From positions 4,456-68,455 of the forward strand of contig CAILAH010000038.1 of the NCBI GenBank assembly GCA_903832205.1: 64,000 bases of DNA, written 5' to 3'. A program made the position numbers and the translations under genes. Below the pieces are notes generated by a model that was not told where the DNA came from, searched no databases, and was given only the letters and a program-made list of their open reading frames with translations. Source of the DNA: an uncultured Candidatus Micrarchaeota archaeon (lineage in GTDB: Archaea > Micrarchaeota > Micrarchaeia > CAILAH01). Position 1 is the stretch's first letter; each line of letters starts with the position of its first letter. This document shows, piece by piece, positions 44,709 through 54,132 of the stretch.

Positions 44709-45635
44709 ATGCAGTTTAAGGACGTGGCGCGAGTGGAGATAGCCGACGGTAGAACCATATGCCTAGATTTCAATGGGGACCTGTCATACATCTCGCACGC
44801 ACACTCCGACCACGTGGTGGGAAAGAAGAGAAATGAGGTTGTGGCTTCCGACCCGACAATCCATCTCTCAGGCATCTCGTACAATTCAAAACTGGTGCAC
44901 GACCATCTCAAGCTGCATCCCGCGGGGCACATGCTCGGGGCAACACAGGTTGAGATAAAGAGAGATGGCGGCAATTTCGTTTACACGGGAGACTTCAGCC
45001 TTGCGGACGGGTTCACCTACAAAGGTGCTAATATAGTAGAGGCGGATGAGCTGCTCATTGAATCCACCTATGGCTCGCCAGATTATCATTTCCCCAAGAA
45101 AGACGACCTGGCGCAAATCCTGAAGAAGGAGGTGCAGAGCAGGCTCCAGTACGGGAATCTCATATTCGCAGTTTATGCAACGGGCAAATCCCAGGAGCTC
45201 ATAAAAATACTGAACGAGCACTGCGGCATCACGCCGGTTGTGAGCCCCGATGTCGCAAAGGTGAGCGAGATTTACACGAAGCACGGGCAGAATCTCTCAT
45301 TCATCAATTCGCATTCCGATGAGGCAACTGAAGCGTTCAAGGGCAATTTCGTCGGCATAATACCGAAATCGCAGTTCAGGCCCGAGCTGAGGATGAGATT
45401 GACGCAGCATTACCACAGGCCCTGCTATTTCGGCTCATTGAGCGGGTGGAACGCGAAATTCCCGAGCGATGTGTACGACATCGCGCTGCCAATGAGCGAC
45501 CATGCGGACTTCAACGACCTGGTGGAGTATGTTGACCACAGCGACCCGAAGAAGGTATACGTGTTCGGCGCGTTCGCCGAGGGCCTCTCAAACGTTTTAA
45601 AGTTGCGCGGATATCAATCTTACGCAGTTGGATAA
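44709..45635 (+). CDS. Metallo-β-lactamase-fold hydrolase (possible β-CASP/RNA- or DNA-processing nuclease)
   Basis: HxHxDH motif ISHAHSDH near the N-terminus. Downstream His/Asp ligands (DHLKLHPAGHMLG, ESTYG). 308 aa. Confidence 0.5.
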   Translation: MQFKDVARVEIADGRTICLDFNGDLSYISHAHSDHVVGKKRNEVVASDPTIHLSGISYNSKLVHDHLKLHPAGHMLGATQVEIKRDGGNFVYTGDFSLADGFTYKGANIVEADELLIESTYGSPDYHFPKKDDLAQILKKEVQSRLQYGNLIFAVYATGKSQELIKILNEHCGITPVVSPDVAKVSEIYTKHGQNLSFINSHSDEATEAFKGNFVGIIPKSQFRPELRMRLTQHYHRPCYFGSLSGWNAKFPSDVYDIALPMSDHADFNDLVEYVDHSDPKKVYVFGAFAEGLSNVLKLRGYQSYAVG

Positions 45636-45647
45636 TGGTGTAAAAAT

Positions 45648-47036
45648 ATGGCGGCCAAGCATTTCTCCAAGGAAGTCTGGAACAGGATGCGCACACAGAT
45701 ACTCAAGGAGGTAAGGCCGTCGCCCGAATCGCACGCGGAGGTGCGCAAGGTCGCGGATGAGCTTGTTGAGAAACTGAACAAAATTTCCCCAACTGAAATT
45801 GACGTGATGCTTACCGGCTCTTTTGCCAAGGACACCTACGTCCGCTCGGATGTTGATTTTGACATATTCATTTTATTCCCCGAGAAATTCACACTCTACG
45901 ATTTGCAGACCATGACGTTTGAGTGGGCCAAGAAGTTCCTTGAGAACTGGGAGGTCGCCTATGCGCAGCATCCCTATCTCCGTGGCTATTACAAGGGGCA
46001 TCATGTTGATGTGGTTCCCAGCTATAGGATAAGGGAGGGCGAGCCCGTCAGGATTAAGAGTGCGGTGGACAGGACGCAGCTGCACACAAAGTACGTCCTC
46101 TCGGTAATCACGGATGCGCAGAGGGATGACGTGCGCATACTCAAGAAGTTCATGAAGCGGTTGGGAATTTACGGCGCGGAGATAAGGACAGGAGGATTTT
46201 CAGGCTACCTCTGCGAATTGCTCATAATAAAGTACGGCTCGTTCTACGATCTCATAATGGCTGCGCGCAACTGGAAGTTCCCGGTTGCGGTTGATGTGAC
46301 GGGCGGCAGGAGCGAGCGGCTTCTGCACGCGCTGTTCAAGGAGGACACATTCGTGATCACGGACCCGGTTGACAAGAAGAGAAACGTCGCATCGCCTGTA
46401 AGTTCTGATTCATTGTCAAAATTCGTCGCTGCGGCGCACGTGTTTTTCCTGAACCCGAACGCGGCAATGTTTTTCACTGAGATTGAATTGCTCGGCATGA
46501 AAGAGATACGCAAGCAGGTTGCCGAGCGCGGCACATCGTTCGTGCTGTTCGAATTCCCAAAGCCCAAGAAGGCGGATGACATTTTGTGGGGCGAGATTCG
46601 CAAGACGCTTGGCTGCATTGAATGTTCTTTTGACAAGGAGGAATTCAACTGCACGCACCAGACCGCAGAGGTGCACGAGGGCAAGTGCTACATGCTTTTC
46701 GAGCTTGTGCACGATACCCTTCCCGCAGTGACGCTGCAGGCAGGGCCCTACGTGCGCATGGGGCCGCATCTTGAGAAATTCATCCAGGAGGAAATGAACA
46801 ACGTTGATTTGTTCGTGAAGGACGAGCGCATGTGGGCAGTTAGAAAGAGAAAATACAGCAGCGTGCTCCAGCTTGTTGAGGACATACGGAAGAACCCGCT
46901 CTGCCATGGTGTGAGCAAGGGCATAATGAAGGAGATTTCAACGGCGAACATCTACACGAGTGATGATTCTATTTTTGAGGACAGCCGGAAGGTGTACACG
47001 ATGCATCTCAACAGGAAATTCTTCCTGGGGCTTTGA
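45648..47036 (+). CDS. cca: CCA-adding enzyme (class I archaeal tRNA nucleotidyltransferase)
   Basis: GSFAKDTYVRSDVDFDIFILF (Pol-β nucleotidyltransferase motif) and GGFSGYLCELLII head-domain motif. 462 aa. Confidence 0.85.
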   Translation: MAAKHFSKEVWNRMRTQILKEVRPSPESHAEVRKVADELVEKLNKISPTEIDVMLTGSFAKDTYVRSDVDFDIFILFPEKFTLYDLQTMTFEWAKKFLENWEVAYAQHPYLRGYYKGHHVDVVPSYRIREGEPVRIKSAVDRTQLHTKYVLSVITDAQRDDVRILKKFMKRLGIYGAEIRTGGFSGYLCELLIIKYGSFYDLIMAARNWKFPVAVDVTGGRSERLLHALFKEDTFVITDPVDKKRNVASPVSSDSLSKFVAAAHVFFLNPNAAMFFTEIELLGMKEIRKQVAERGTSFVLFEFPKPKKADDILWGEIRKTLGCIECSFDKEEFNCTHQTAEVHEGKCYMLFELVHDTLPAVTLQAGPYVRMGPHLEKFIQEEMNNVDLFVKDERMWAVRKRKYSSVLQLVEDIRKNPLCHGVSKGIMKEISTANIYTSDDSIFEDSRKVYTMHLNRKFFLGL

Positions 47037-47065
47037 TTTGCTTTTAAATTTTCTCGTTTCAAAAA

Positions 47066-47284
47066 ATCCTCGTAGGGGCCAGTTGCTTAGTCCGGTGGAG
47101 CGCCCGACTGATATCGGTCAAAGTGACCGGTTTAGCCCATTCTTTATGGGATGGAAATCGGGAGGCCGGGAGTTCAAACAGCTTTTCTTTTGCGAAAGAA
47201 ACGTGCGTTTTCCTTGAGGGAAAACAACGCGTCATTCGCGTAAGCGAATGAACGACCTGGGAAAAGAAAAGCCTTGAAAATCTC
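47066..47284 (+). tRNA. tRNA-Ile(GAU) with two introns; exons 47066-47103, 47147-47168, 47271-47284; intron 1 at 37/38 (43 nt); intron 2 in the T-loop at 59/60 (102 nt)
   Basis: Acceptor GGGCCAG/CUGGCCC plus A. D-arm GCUU…GAGC. Anticodon stem CCCGA/UCGGG with loop CUGAUA(A). T-arm GGGAG-UUCAAA|U-CUCCC. Spliced length 74 nt. Confidence 0.65.
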
Positions 47285-47342
47285 CCCTGGCCCATTATGG
47301 GACTTTCTCGAAAGAGAAACGTGCTACACTCTTCTCGCGTGA

Positions 47343-47395
47343 GGGGGTAGGTGTAGACCACACGAGGGAGGGGGAACCTTCCCCCTCCATCAGTG
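47343..47395. repeat. Conserved 52-nt structured element (copy 2), followed by an 11-nt direct repeat of the tRNA-Ile 3' end (CCCTGGCCCAT at 47275-47285 and 47396-47406)
   Basis: GGGGGTAGGTGTAGACCACACGAGG-GAGGGGGAA-CC-TTCCCCCTC-CATCAGTG. The hairpin arms differ from copy 1 by compensatory substitutions. Confidence 0.6.
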
Positions 47396-47410
47396 CCCTG
47401 GCCCATACCC

Positions 47411-47420
47411 TATTATAAAT
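47411..47420 (+). promoter_or_regulatory. TATA box (TATTATAAAT) upstream of secF
   Basis: 24-33 nt upstream of ATG 47444. Confidence 0.4.
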
Positions 47421-47443
47421 ATTCGCGGATAGAAAGTGGTTCA

Positions 47444-48586
47444 ATGGAGCTTCCAAATATATACAAAGGCGATTATCTCAAGCTTGCAGCGCTTCCAGTC
47501 CTTCTTGCCCTCATTTCCATATTCTTCATATTCCAGGTCCAGCCTGGCCTCGAGTTCAAGGGCGGCGCGCAAATCACGCTTGAGATGAAGAATGCGATGA
47601 CCGAGGCGCAGGTGAAAACAGCGGTTGTAAACGCGGGATTTTCAGATGCTAGCATAAGGACATACGATTTGGGCGGCTCGCACATCACGGAGATTGAGAT
47701 TGCAAACAGCGACGATGTGGTGAAGCTTGAGTCCGTGTATAAGGATTTCCTTGACACCTATGACAAGTATTCGAAGAAACAGTACGAGATTCTCGTTTTG
47801 AAGGGCTCCAATGCAAGCACGACGGTGCAGGAGAATGATGCGGCCCAGATGAGGCAGCACCTGCTTGACTTGCGCGTGCAGATTATACAGTACGCAAGCG
47901 CAATCGAGGGCAGGCCCGTGGTGCTGTCAACCGATGTGGACGCGCTCAAGCCCGAGGTGCAGTCGCTGTTCATGGGTGCCACGTTCGCCTACAGGGACAA
48001 GATCATCTCAAAGATTTCGCACGAGATTCCCTATAACAGCTTCTCATTCAAGCTCGTCAACCCGTCATTGAGCGAGGTTTTCGTGGGCAAGATATGGGGC
48101 GTGGTTCTCGCAGCCGCAGTGCTATGCGCACTCGCGGTCCTCATCATGTTCAGGGATTTCATTCCGTCAGTTGCGGTGCTTGCTGGAGCCACGTTCGATG
48201 TGATTTTCGCGCTTGGCTTCATGGGCCTTATGGGCATACCGCTCACGCTCGCGGCAGTCGCATCCCTGCTGATGCTGGTGGGATTCTCGCTGGACACGGA
48301 CATTTTGCTAACGGTAAGAATTCTCAAGAGAGGCTTGCGCGACCCGCGCAACAGCGCATACGAGGCGATGAAGACCGGAGCGACAATGAGCTTCACCGCC
48401 ATGCTCGCATTCGGCGCATTGTTCGCTGTGGGCCAGCTTACAAACATCGCAATTTACCAGGACATCTCAAGCATTGTCCTTGCAGGGCTAGTGGGCGACC
48501 TCATAGGCACGTGGATGCTTAATGCGGTCATGATGATCCATCATGTTGAAAAAGGTGTTAATCGTGCAGGAATTGTTGTCAGATAA
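47444..48586 (+). CDS. secF: Protein-export membrane protein SecF (RND-like, 6 TM with large extracytoplasmic loop)
   Basis: TM1, then QPGLEFKGGAQITLEM (SecD/F motif), then a C-terminal 5-TM bundle. SecF versus SecD assigned by size and order. Confidence 0.6.
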   Translation: MELPNIYKGDYLKLAALPVLLALISIFFIFQVQPGLEFKGGAQITLEMKNAMTEAQVKTAVVNAGFSDASIRTYDLGGSHITEIEIANSDDVVKLESVYKDFLDTYDKYSKKQYEILVLKGSNASTTVQENDAAQMRQHLLDLRVQIIQYASAIEGRPVVLSTDVDALKPEVQSLFMGATFAYRDKIISKISHEIPYNSFSFKLVNPSLSEVFVGKIWGVVLAAAVLCALAVLIMFRDFIPSVAVLAGATFDVIFALGFMGLMGIPLTLAAVASLLMLVGFSLDTDILLTVRILKRGLRDPRNSAYEAMKTGATMSFTAMLAFGALFAVGQLTNIAIYQDISSIVLAGLVGDLIGTWMLNAVMMIHHVEKGVNRAGIVVR

Positions 48587-50120
48587 GCGTGTGCTTTTCC
48601 TCATTGGGCTGGTTCTGCTTTCGCTAGCAGTCATATTCGTGAAGGGCATTAACTACGGGATTGAGTTCGAAGGCGGCGTAAGGATTCCGATTACGTTTGA
48701 CAGGGACCTTACACCCACGCAGATGGATGAAGTTGTGGAGATACTTAAGACCAGGATTTCCAAGTTCGGGCTTTCGCAGGTTATCGTGCGCCCGCTGCCT
48801 CCGCGTGAGGTGCAGGTTGAATTGGCGAAGGGCGACGAGTCGTCAATAAAGCAGATAGAAAAAATACTTCAGACCCAGGGCAGCTTTGAGTCCGTAATCA
48901 ACAACAAGATTGCAATGACGGGCGAGGACATACTTCCCGGAAGCATTGGCGAGGGCAGGCTGAGCGCCATATCAAAGACCGCCTACAAGTGGGAAGTGGA
49001 TTTCGCAATCACAGAGACGGGCGCAAACAAGTTCGCGGCGGTTGCATTGGGCCAGGCCAACAAGCCGGTCTACATGTTCCTTGACAGGCCGCAGACGGCG
49101 CTCGTGCTTCTTGAGCCGAGGCATTTCCCGAAAGCGCTCGATGCGGCATCAGTACTGACATCCATATCCGAGCTCAATAACATACAGGGCAGCGACCTCA
49201 AGATCGTGGTCATTGACGACTGGGCAATCAAGAAGGCGATTGTTGAGAACGAGATGGCCTTAAACCCGAACAGGACAATTATCTATTCGCAGAATGCATC
49301 GTTCGCAAAGGATGTGGAGCAGCTTGTAACGCAGATGAATGTTACGTCGCGCCCGCTCACCGATGCGGACATGGAATTCGAGATTGTGCCCAATGACAAG
49401 CTCGGCGACTATACAATTAACAGGTGGAAGGCAATAGGCCTGCTCTCGGCACCCATCCTTTCAGAGGGCCTTGCCAAGGGCACGCCGTCCAGGCTCGTGA
49501 GCGTGAGCGGCAGTGCGAATGACATACAGACCGCAAGCGACAACTCAAAGGAGATACGCAGCATATTGAGCGGCGGCAGGCTGCCGGTGAACGCAATCAT
49601 CGGCTCGACCATCAGCATCCCGGCGCCTCTCGGAAAGCAGTTCCTTGACATGAGCCTTGTGGGCGCTGCGCTCGCATTCGTGTTTATCGTAGTGTTCGTA
49701 TCGTTGAGGTACAGGGAGCCCAGGCTCTTCCTCCCGGTGGTTGTAATCTCATTCGCAGAAATCCTAATCCTGGTCGCCATAATAGGCGGTTTCGGGACGA
49801 TTGATTTCGCAGCCATGGCGGGAATCATTGCGGCCATGGGAGTCAGCCTTGATGCGCAGATCATCATTACGGATGAGGTGTTCAAGAAAGGCGAGGCGCG
49901 CATTTCAAAGGAGGAGCTCAACGAGCGCGTGAAGAACGCGTTCTACATCATCACCAGGAACGTGGCCATTGCGGTGATTGCAATGCTTCCATTGTTCTTC
50001 TCGGGCGTGGTGGAGATTGTGGGCTTCGCAACGTCAACAATACTTGGCGCGGTGCTCGGCCTCCTGATATCAAGGCCCGCCTATGCGGCAATAATCGAAT
50101 CTTTGGAGATGAAGGATTAG
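48543..50120 (+). CDS. secD: Protein-export membrane protein SecD
   Basis: TM1, then GIEFEGGVRIPITF, then a large periplasmic-type domain and C-terminal TM bundle. 525 aa. 44-nt overlap with secF. Confidence 0.65.
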   Translation: MLKKVLIVQELLSDKRVLFLIGLVLLSLAVIFVKGINYGIEFEGGVRIPITFDRDLTPTQMDEVVEILKTRISKFGLSQVIVRPLPPREVQVELAKGDESSIKQIEKILQTQGSFESVINNKIAMTGEDILPGSIGEGRLSAISKTAYKWEVDFAITETGANKFAAVALGQANKPVYMFLDRPQTALVLLEPRHFPKALDAASVLTSISELNNIQGSDLKIVVIDDWAIKKAIVENEMALNPNRTIIYSQNASFAKDVEQLVTQMNVTSRPLTDADMEFEIVPNDKLGDYTINRWKAIGLLSAPILSEGLAKGTPSRLVSVSGSANDIQTASDNSKEIRSILSGGRLPVNAIIGSTISIPAPLGKQFLDMSLVGAALAFVFIVVFVSLRYREPRLFLPVVVISFAEILILVAIIGGFGTIDFAAMAGIIAAMGVSLDAQIIITDEVFKKGEARISKEELNERVKNAFYIITRNVAIAVIAMLPLFFSGVVEIVGFATSTILGAVLGLLISRPAYAAIIESLEMKD

Positions 50121-50134
50121 CACTTCTTTAGGGA

Positions 50135-50173
50135 GTTGCAACCTTTGGTTGCAAATTGTGTGCAAAGCACACA
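50135..50173. terminator. Two adjacent perfect hairpins (TTGCAACC-TTTGG-TTGCAA and TTGTGTGC-AAA-GCACACAA) just after the secD stop
   Basis: Inverted repeats seen directly; located between secD and the r-protein operon promoter. Confidence 0.35.
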
Positions 50174-50250
50174 ACTGCCTAAAGACCTGCACTAGAAATA
50201 TAACCTTTCTTTTTTCCGTCAGCGAAATTCAGGCGCCAGGGCAAAAGCCT

Positions 50251-50260
50251 TTTAAATATT
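50251..50260 (+). promoter_or_regulatory. TATA-like box (TTTAAATATT) upstream of the r-protein operon
   Basis: About 45-53 nt upstream of the L3 start. Confidence 0.3.
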
Positions 50261-50303
50261 ACTTATTTGAATAAACCTACTATTCAGAGAAAGAGTGATA
50301 ATT

Positions 50304-51266
50304 ATGCCTAAGCCTCATTCGTCTAGAAAGGGGTCCCTTGCGTTCAGGCCGCGCATGAGGGCTAACACAACTAACTGTAGGATTAAAAATTGGCCCGTGT
50401 TTACCAAGCCGTGCCTGCTGGGATTTGCAGGATATAAGGCGGGCATGCTGCATTTCATTTACAACGAGGACCTGGTGGCTTCGCCCAACAAGGGAAAGGA
50501 AGTCGCCATGGCAGGGACCATTATTGAAGTTCCCCCCATGCTCGTTTATGGCATTCGTGTTTTGAAAAAGACTGTTTACGGCTGCAAGATTTTAGGCGAT
50601 TATTTTGTCAAGGATGAGGCCATCCTGAAAAAGGCGGGCATCCGCAACCAAAAGCCCGTTGAAGACCTGGAGAGGGTGAAAGGCGAGGCGTACGAAGTAA
50701 GGGTTCTTGCACTCACAAACGCCGCTGCAACGCAGATGGGAAAGAAAGTTACCGAGCAGGTTGAGCTTGGCGTCGGCGGCGAGAACATAGGGGCGCAGAT
50801 TGAATACGCGAAAGGGCTTCTCGGCAAGGAAATCAACGCCGATGATGTGTTCGCCAAGGGCGACTATGTAGACGTAATCGGGGTCACGAAGGGTAAGGGA
50901 TGGCAGGGAGTCATTAAGAGGTTCGGTATTGCCCTCCAGAGGCCCAAGGCGACAAACAAGAGGAGGCATTTGGGTAACCTCGGCGCCTGGACCCCTTCAA
51001 TCGTTCAGTACACCATTGCACAGGCGGGGCAGATGGGCTATCACAAGAGGACAATCCTCAACAACATTGTTGTGGACATAGGCCCCGGTGAAAAGCTCAG
51101 CCAGAGCGGCGGGCTGCTCCACTACGGCAATGTCAAGAACAAGTTCATACTCGTGAAGGGTTCCATACCCGGCACTAAGAAGCGCCTCATAAAATTGAGG
51201 AGGGCGCTTAGGAAACCGTTGGCCAAGAGGGAGCTCAAGGTCACGTTCCTATCAAAGGCGATTTGA
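50304..51266 (+). CDS. rpl3: Ribosomal protein uL3
   Basis: MPKPHSSRKGSLAFRPRMRA… archaeal L3 N-terminus; 320 aa. Confidence 0.9.
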   Translation: MPKPHSSRKGSLAFRPRMRANTTNCRIKNWPVFTKPCLLGFAGYKAGMLHFIYNEDLVASPNKGKEVAMAGTIIEVPPMLVYGIRVLKKTVYGCKILGDYFVKDEAILKKAGIRNQKPVEDLERVKGEAYEVRVLALTNAAATQMGKKVTEQVELGVGGENIGAQIEYAKGLLGKEINADDVFAKGDYVDVIGVTKGKGWQGVIKRFGIALQRPKATNKRRHLGNLGAWTPSIVQYTIAQAGQMGYHKRTILNNIVVDIGPGEKLSQSGGLLHYGNVKNKFILVKGSIPGTKKRLIKLRRALRKPLAKRELKVTFLSKAI

Positions 51267-52066
51267 TGAAGTTCCAAGTATTATCAGTTACTGGCGAGAA
51301 AACGGAGGACATAAACGCTCCGCCAGCATTTGCAGAGAAAATCCGCAAGGACCTTATCATACGTGCGGTGCGCTCCGAGCAGTCCAAGACGTTCCAGCCA
51401 AAGTCGCCACTCAAGGTTGCGGGCATGCAGACCAGTGCGGAATACGTAGGGGTAAAGGACGCCTACCGAACCATGAAGAACCGCGGTACCCAGAGGCTGC
51501 CGCACGAAAAGCTGCCCAAGGGAAAATATGGCAGGGTCAGGATGCTGCCGTTCGCGGTCACGGGAAGGAGGGCGCACCCGCCGAAGGTTGAAACAATTCT
51601 CATTGAGAAGATTAACAACAAGGAGTACAGGAAAGCGCTCCACTCCGCAATTGCGGCATGTGCCGATGCGGGCGTCGTAAAGGTGAGGACCGGTGCGGAA
51701 TACAAGGTCCCCTATATCATAGTCGACGACATCGAATCAATCAAGAAGACCAAGGATGTGATAACGCTGCTTGAGGCGCTTGGCATCATAGAGGATGTTG
51801 TGAAGTCAGAGAGGAGCAGAAAAAGGATCTCCGGGCTTCGCAGGCATAGGCTGTCGCGCGCATACAAGGTGCGCAAGTCCGTACTTTTTGTCGTCGCAAA
51901 AGACTGCTCATTGCTCCGCAGCGCCGCCAGCATTTCCGGCGCAAAGGCTGTGAAGGTTATGAATCTTAAGGTAAGCGATCTCGCTCCCGGCGGCCTGCCA
52001 GGCAGGCTCGTAGTGTGGAGCAAAAGCGCAGTGGAAAAGTTGGGTGAATTGAATGCCAATAATTAG
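51263..52066 (+). CDS. rpl4: Ribosomal protein uL4
   Basis: Position after L3; L4/L1e family features (…GRVRMLPFAVTGRRAHPPK…). Confidence 0.85.
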   Translation: MMKFQVLSVTGEKTEDINAPPAFAEKIRKDLIIRAVRSEQSKTFQPKSPLKVAGMQTSAEYVGVKDAYRTMKNRGTQRLPHEKLPKGKYGRVRMLPFAVTGRRAHPPKVETILIEKINNKEYRKALHSAIAACADAGVVKVRTGAEYKVPYIIVDDIESIKKTKDVITLLEALGIIEDVVKSERSRKRISGLRRHRLSRAYKVRKSVLFVVAKDCSLLRSAASISGAKAVKVMNLKVSDLAPGGLPGRLVVWSKSAVEKLGELNANN

Positions 52067-52304
52067 GGTTGTAAACTCAGAAAAGTCGAGCATGCTGCTC
52101 GAGAGGAACAATAAGCTTACGCTCATAATTGACTCCAGGACCGATAGGGCCACGCTTATCGAGGAGCTGAAGGCCATTTACGGGCTCAAGGTGCTTAAGG
52201 TCAACGTGCTCCACACGTCAAAGGGCGAGAAAAAGGCAATGGTGACGCTTGACAAGTCGCACACTCCGGATGAGATTGCGACCAAGTTCGGGCTCGTGGT
52301 TTAG
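52053..52304 (+). CDS. rpl23: Ribosomal protein uL23
   Basis: 83 aa; operon position between L4 and L2; ATLIEELKAIYGLKVLKVNVL motif. Confidence 0.85.
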   Translation: MPIIRVVNSEKSSMLLERNNKLTLIIDSRTDRATLIEELKAIYGLKVLKVNVLHTSKGEKKAMVTLDKSHTPDEIATKFGLVV

Positions 52305-52314
52305 GGTGGATTGA

Positions 52315-53079
52315 ATGGGAAAACGCTTAATGACACAAACGAGGGGTAAGGGAACGCCAAAGTACAGTGCGCCCTCACACCGCTATAAGTACACGATCAA
52401 ATTCAGGCAATTCGATGCAACGGAGCGCGAGAGCAAGCTGATCGGTGAGGTCGTGGGATTCGTAAGGGACCCAATTCACTCGGCAGTGCTCATGAAGCTC
52501 CTGTTTGACAACGGGGAATCACAAGTCTACTTTGCGCCCGAGGGCATAAAGGTGGGCGACAGGATAGAGGAGGGCCTCGCGGCATCACTGATGCTCGGCA
52601 GCGTGCTCCCGCTCGGAAAGATTCCGGAAGGGTCGCCGATATTCAACATCGAGCTCAGGCCGGGCGACGGCGGAAAGTTCGTGCGCACTTCAGGTGGCAT
52701 CGCCTACATCCGCGCAAAGGAGGAGGAGGGCGTTCACGTGCGCATGCCGTCAAGAAGGACAATCATACTCAGCAATGACTGCAGGGCGCAGCTTGGCAGC
52801 CTCTCAATGGGCGGCAGGCTCGAGCTCCCGCTCATGAAAGCAGGCAGCGCCCATTACAAGAAGCACGCTACCAACAGGCACTGGCCGCTGGTACGTGGTG
52901 TGCATCAGAACCCAGTTGACCATCCGTTCGGCGGCAAGCAGCATCACCCTGGAAAGGGTACTGCGACGTCGAGGAACGCACCGCCCGGAAGGAAGGTTGG
53001 GCATCTCGCTGCACGCACCACAGGAAGGAGGTCTTCACTTAAGATGCAGCTGAAACTCAAGAAAAAGAACAAAAGGTGA
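52315..53079 (+). CDS. rpl2: Ribosomal protein uL2
   Basis: …HQNPVDHPFGGKQHHPGKGTATSRNAPPGRKVG… is a highly conserved L2 C-terminus. Confidence 0.92.
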   Translation: MGKRLMTQTRGKGTPKYSAPSHRYKYTIKFRQFDATERESKLIGEVVGFVRDPIHSAVLMKLLFDNGESQVYFAPEGIKVGDRIEEGLAASLMLGSVLPLGKIPEGSPIFNIELRPGDGGKFVRTSGGIAYIRAKEEEGVHVRMPSRRTIILSNDCRAQLGSLSMGGRLELPLMKAGSAHYKKHATNRHWPLVRGVHQNPVDHPFGGKQHHPGKGTATSRNAPPGRKVGHLAARTTGRRSSLKMQLKLKKKNKR

Positions 53080-53085
53080 TGCTGA

Positions 53086-53484
53086 ATGGCAAAAGTAATC
53101 GTTTATGGAATGGAAGTTGAAAAGTTTGCTGCGGTTTCCGCTGAAGACTACATTAACAAGTATGCGAATTCGCGGTCGCGCAGGGCATATCTGCATGTAT
53201 CCGGGAATCCTTCATACAAGAAGCTGATGTTGCGCATCAGGAAAGTTCGCGAGTCAAAGAGCGCAAAGGTCATTAAGACGCATGTGCGCGAGGCGGTCAT
53301 ACTCCCCGAGTGGATAGGCATGAAGTTCGGAGTCCACAATGGCAAGGAGTTCTTTAATGTGGAAATACTGCCGCCAATGGTGGGCCACAGGCTTGGCGAG
53401 TTCGCACACACAACGAAGCGCGTGGAGCACCACGGGCCGGGTGTCGGTGCAACCAGGGGAAGTAAGTTCGTCCCGTTGAAGTAG
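53086..53484 (+). CDS. rps19: Ribosomal protein uS19
   Basis: …GMKFGVHNGKEFFNVEILPPMVGHRLGEFAHTTK… S19 core. Confidence 0.9.
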   Translation: MAKVIVYGMEVEKFAAVSAEDYINKYANSRSRRAYLHVSGNPSYKKLMLRIRKVRESKSAKVIKTHVREAVILPEWIGMKFGVHNGKEFFNVEILPPMVGHRLGEFAHTTKRVEHHGPGVGATRGSKFVPLK

Positions 53485-53494
53485 GGTGATGTGA

Positions 53495-54124
53495 ATGCAG
53501 ATGTCATATTCATTCCAGAAAAAGGGCGACAACTTTGCCTTTGCGCAGCAGTATAATCTTGACGCGTCATACAAGGACCTCACGGAAGTGTGCAAATCCA
53601 TAAAGAAGCTCTCCACCGCGAAGGCGATGGCGCTTCTTGCAAAGGCCGAGACCAAGGAGATGCCAATCCTTTACACGTCGCACAACAAGCACCTGGGGCA
53701 CAGGCGCGAGCTTGGCGGCAAGAGGGGAAGGTACCCGGTCAAGGCGGTGAAAGCTGTCAAGAAAGTGCTCATAAATGCGATTAACAACGCCAAGGTGCTG
53801 CAGCTTAATGAGAACTCTCTCACGGTTGCGCACGCGGCCGCAAACAAGCAGAGCATTTATCCGAGGCTCGCGCCCAAGGGCAGGAGGATGCACATGAATT
53901 ATGAGACGGCGCGCATCGAGATTGTCGTCCGCGGAACGGCAAAGAAGCTGGCGGAGATAACTCCAGCAAAGCCAAAGGCGGAGGCTGCAGGGGCTCCAAA
54001 GGCGGCAGAGGCAAAGCCGGTGGAAAAGAAGGAAATCTCAGAGGCAAAGGCCGAAGAAAAGCCCAAGACTGAGAAGCCCAGGAAAGATGCCACTGCAAAG
54101 CTCACTAAATCAAAGAAGGAATAA
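53495..54124 (+). CDS. rpl22: Ribosomal protein uL22 with K/A/E/P-rich C-terminal extension
   Basis: L22 core (KDLTEVCKSIKKLSTAKAMALL…) followed by a roughly 70-aa low-complexity tail (AKPKAEAAGAPKAAEAKPVEKKE…). Confidence 0.85.
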   Translation: MQMSYSFQKKGDNFAFAQQYNLDASYKDLTEVCKSIKKLSTAKAMALLAKAETKEMPILYTSHNKHLGHRRELGGKRGRYPVKAVKAVKKVLINAINNAKVLQLNENSLTVAHAAANKQSIYPRLAPKGRRMHMNYETARIEIVVRGTAKKLAEITPAKPKAEAAGAPKAAEAKPVEKKEISEAKAEEKPKTEKPRKDATAKLTKSKKE

Positions 54125-54132
54125 AAGGTGTA

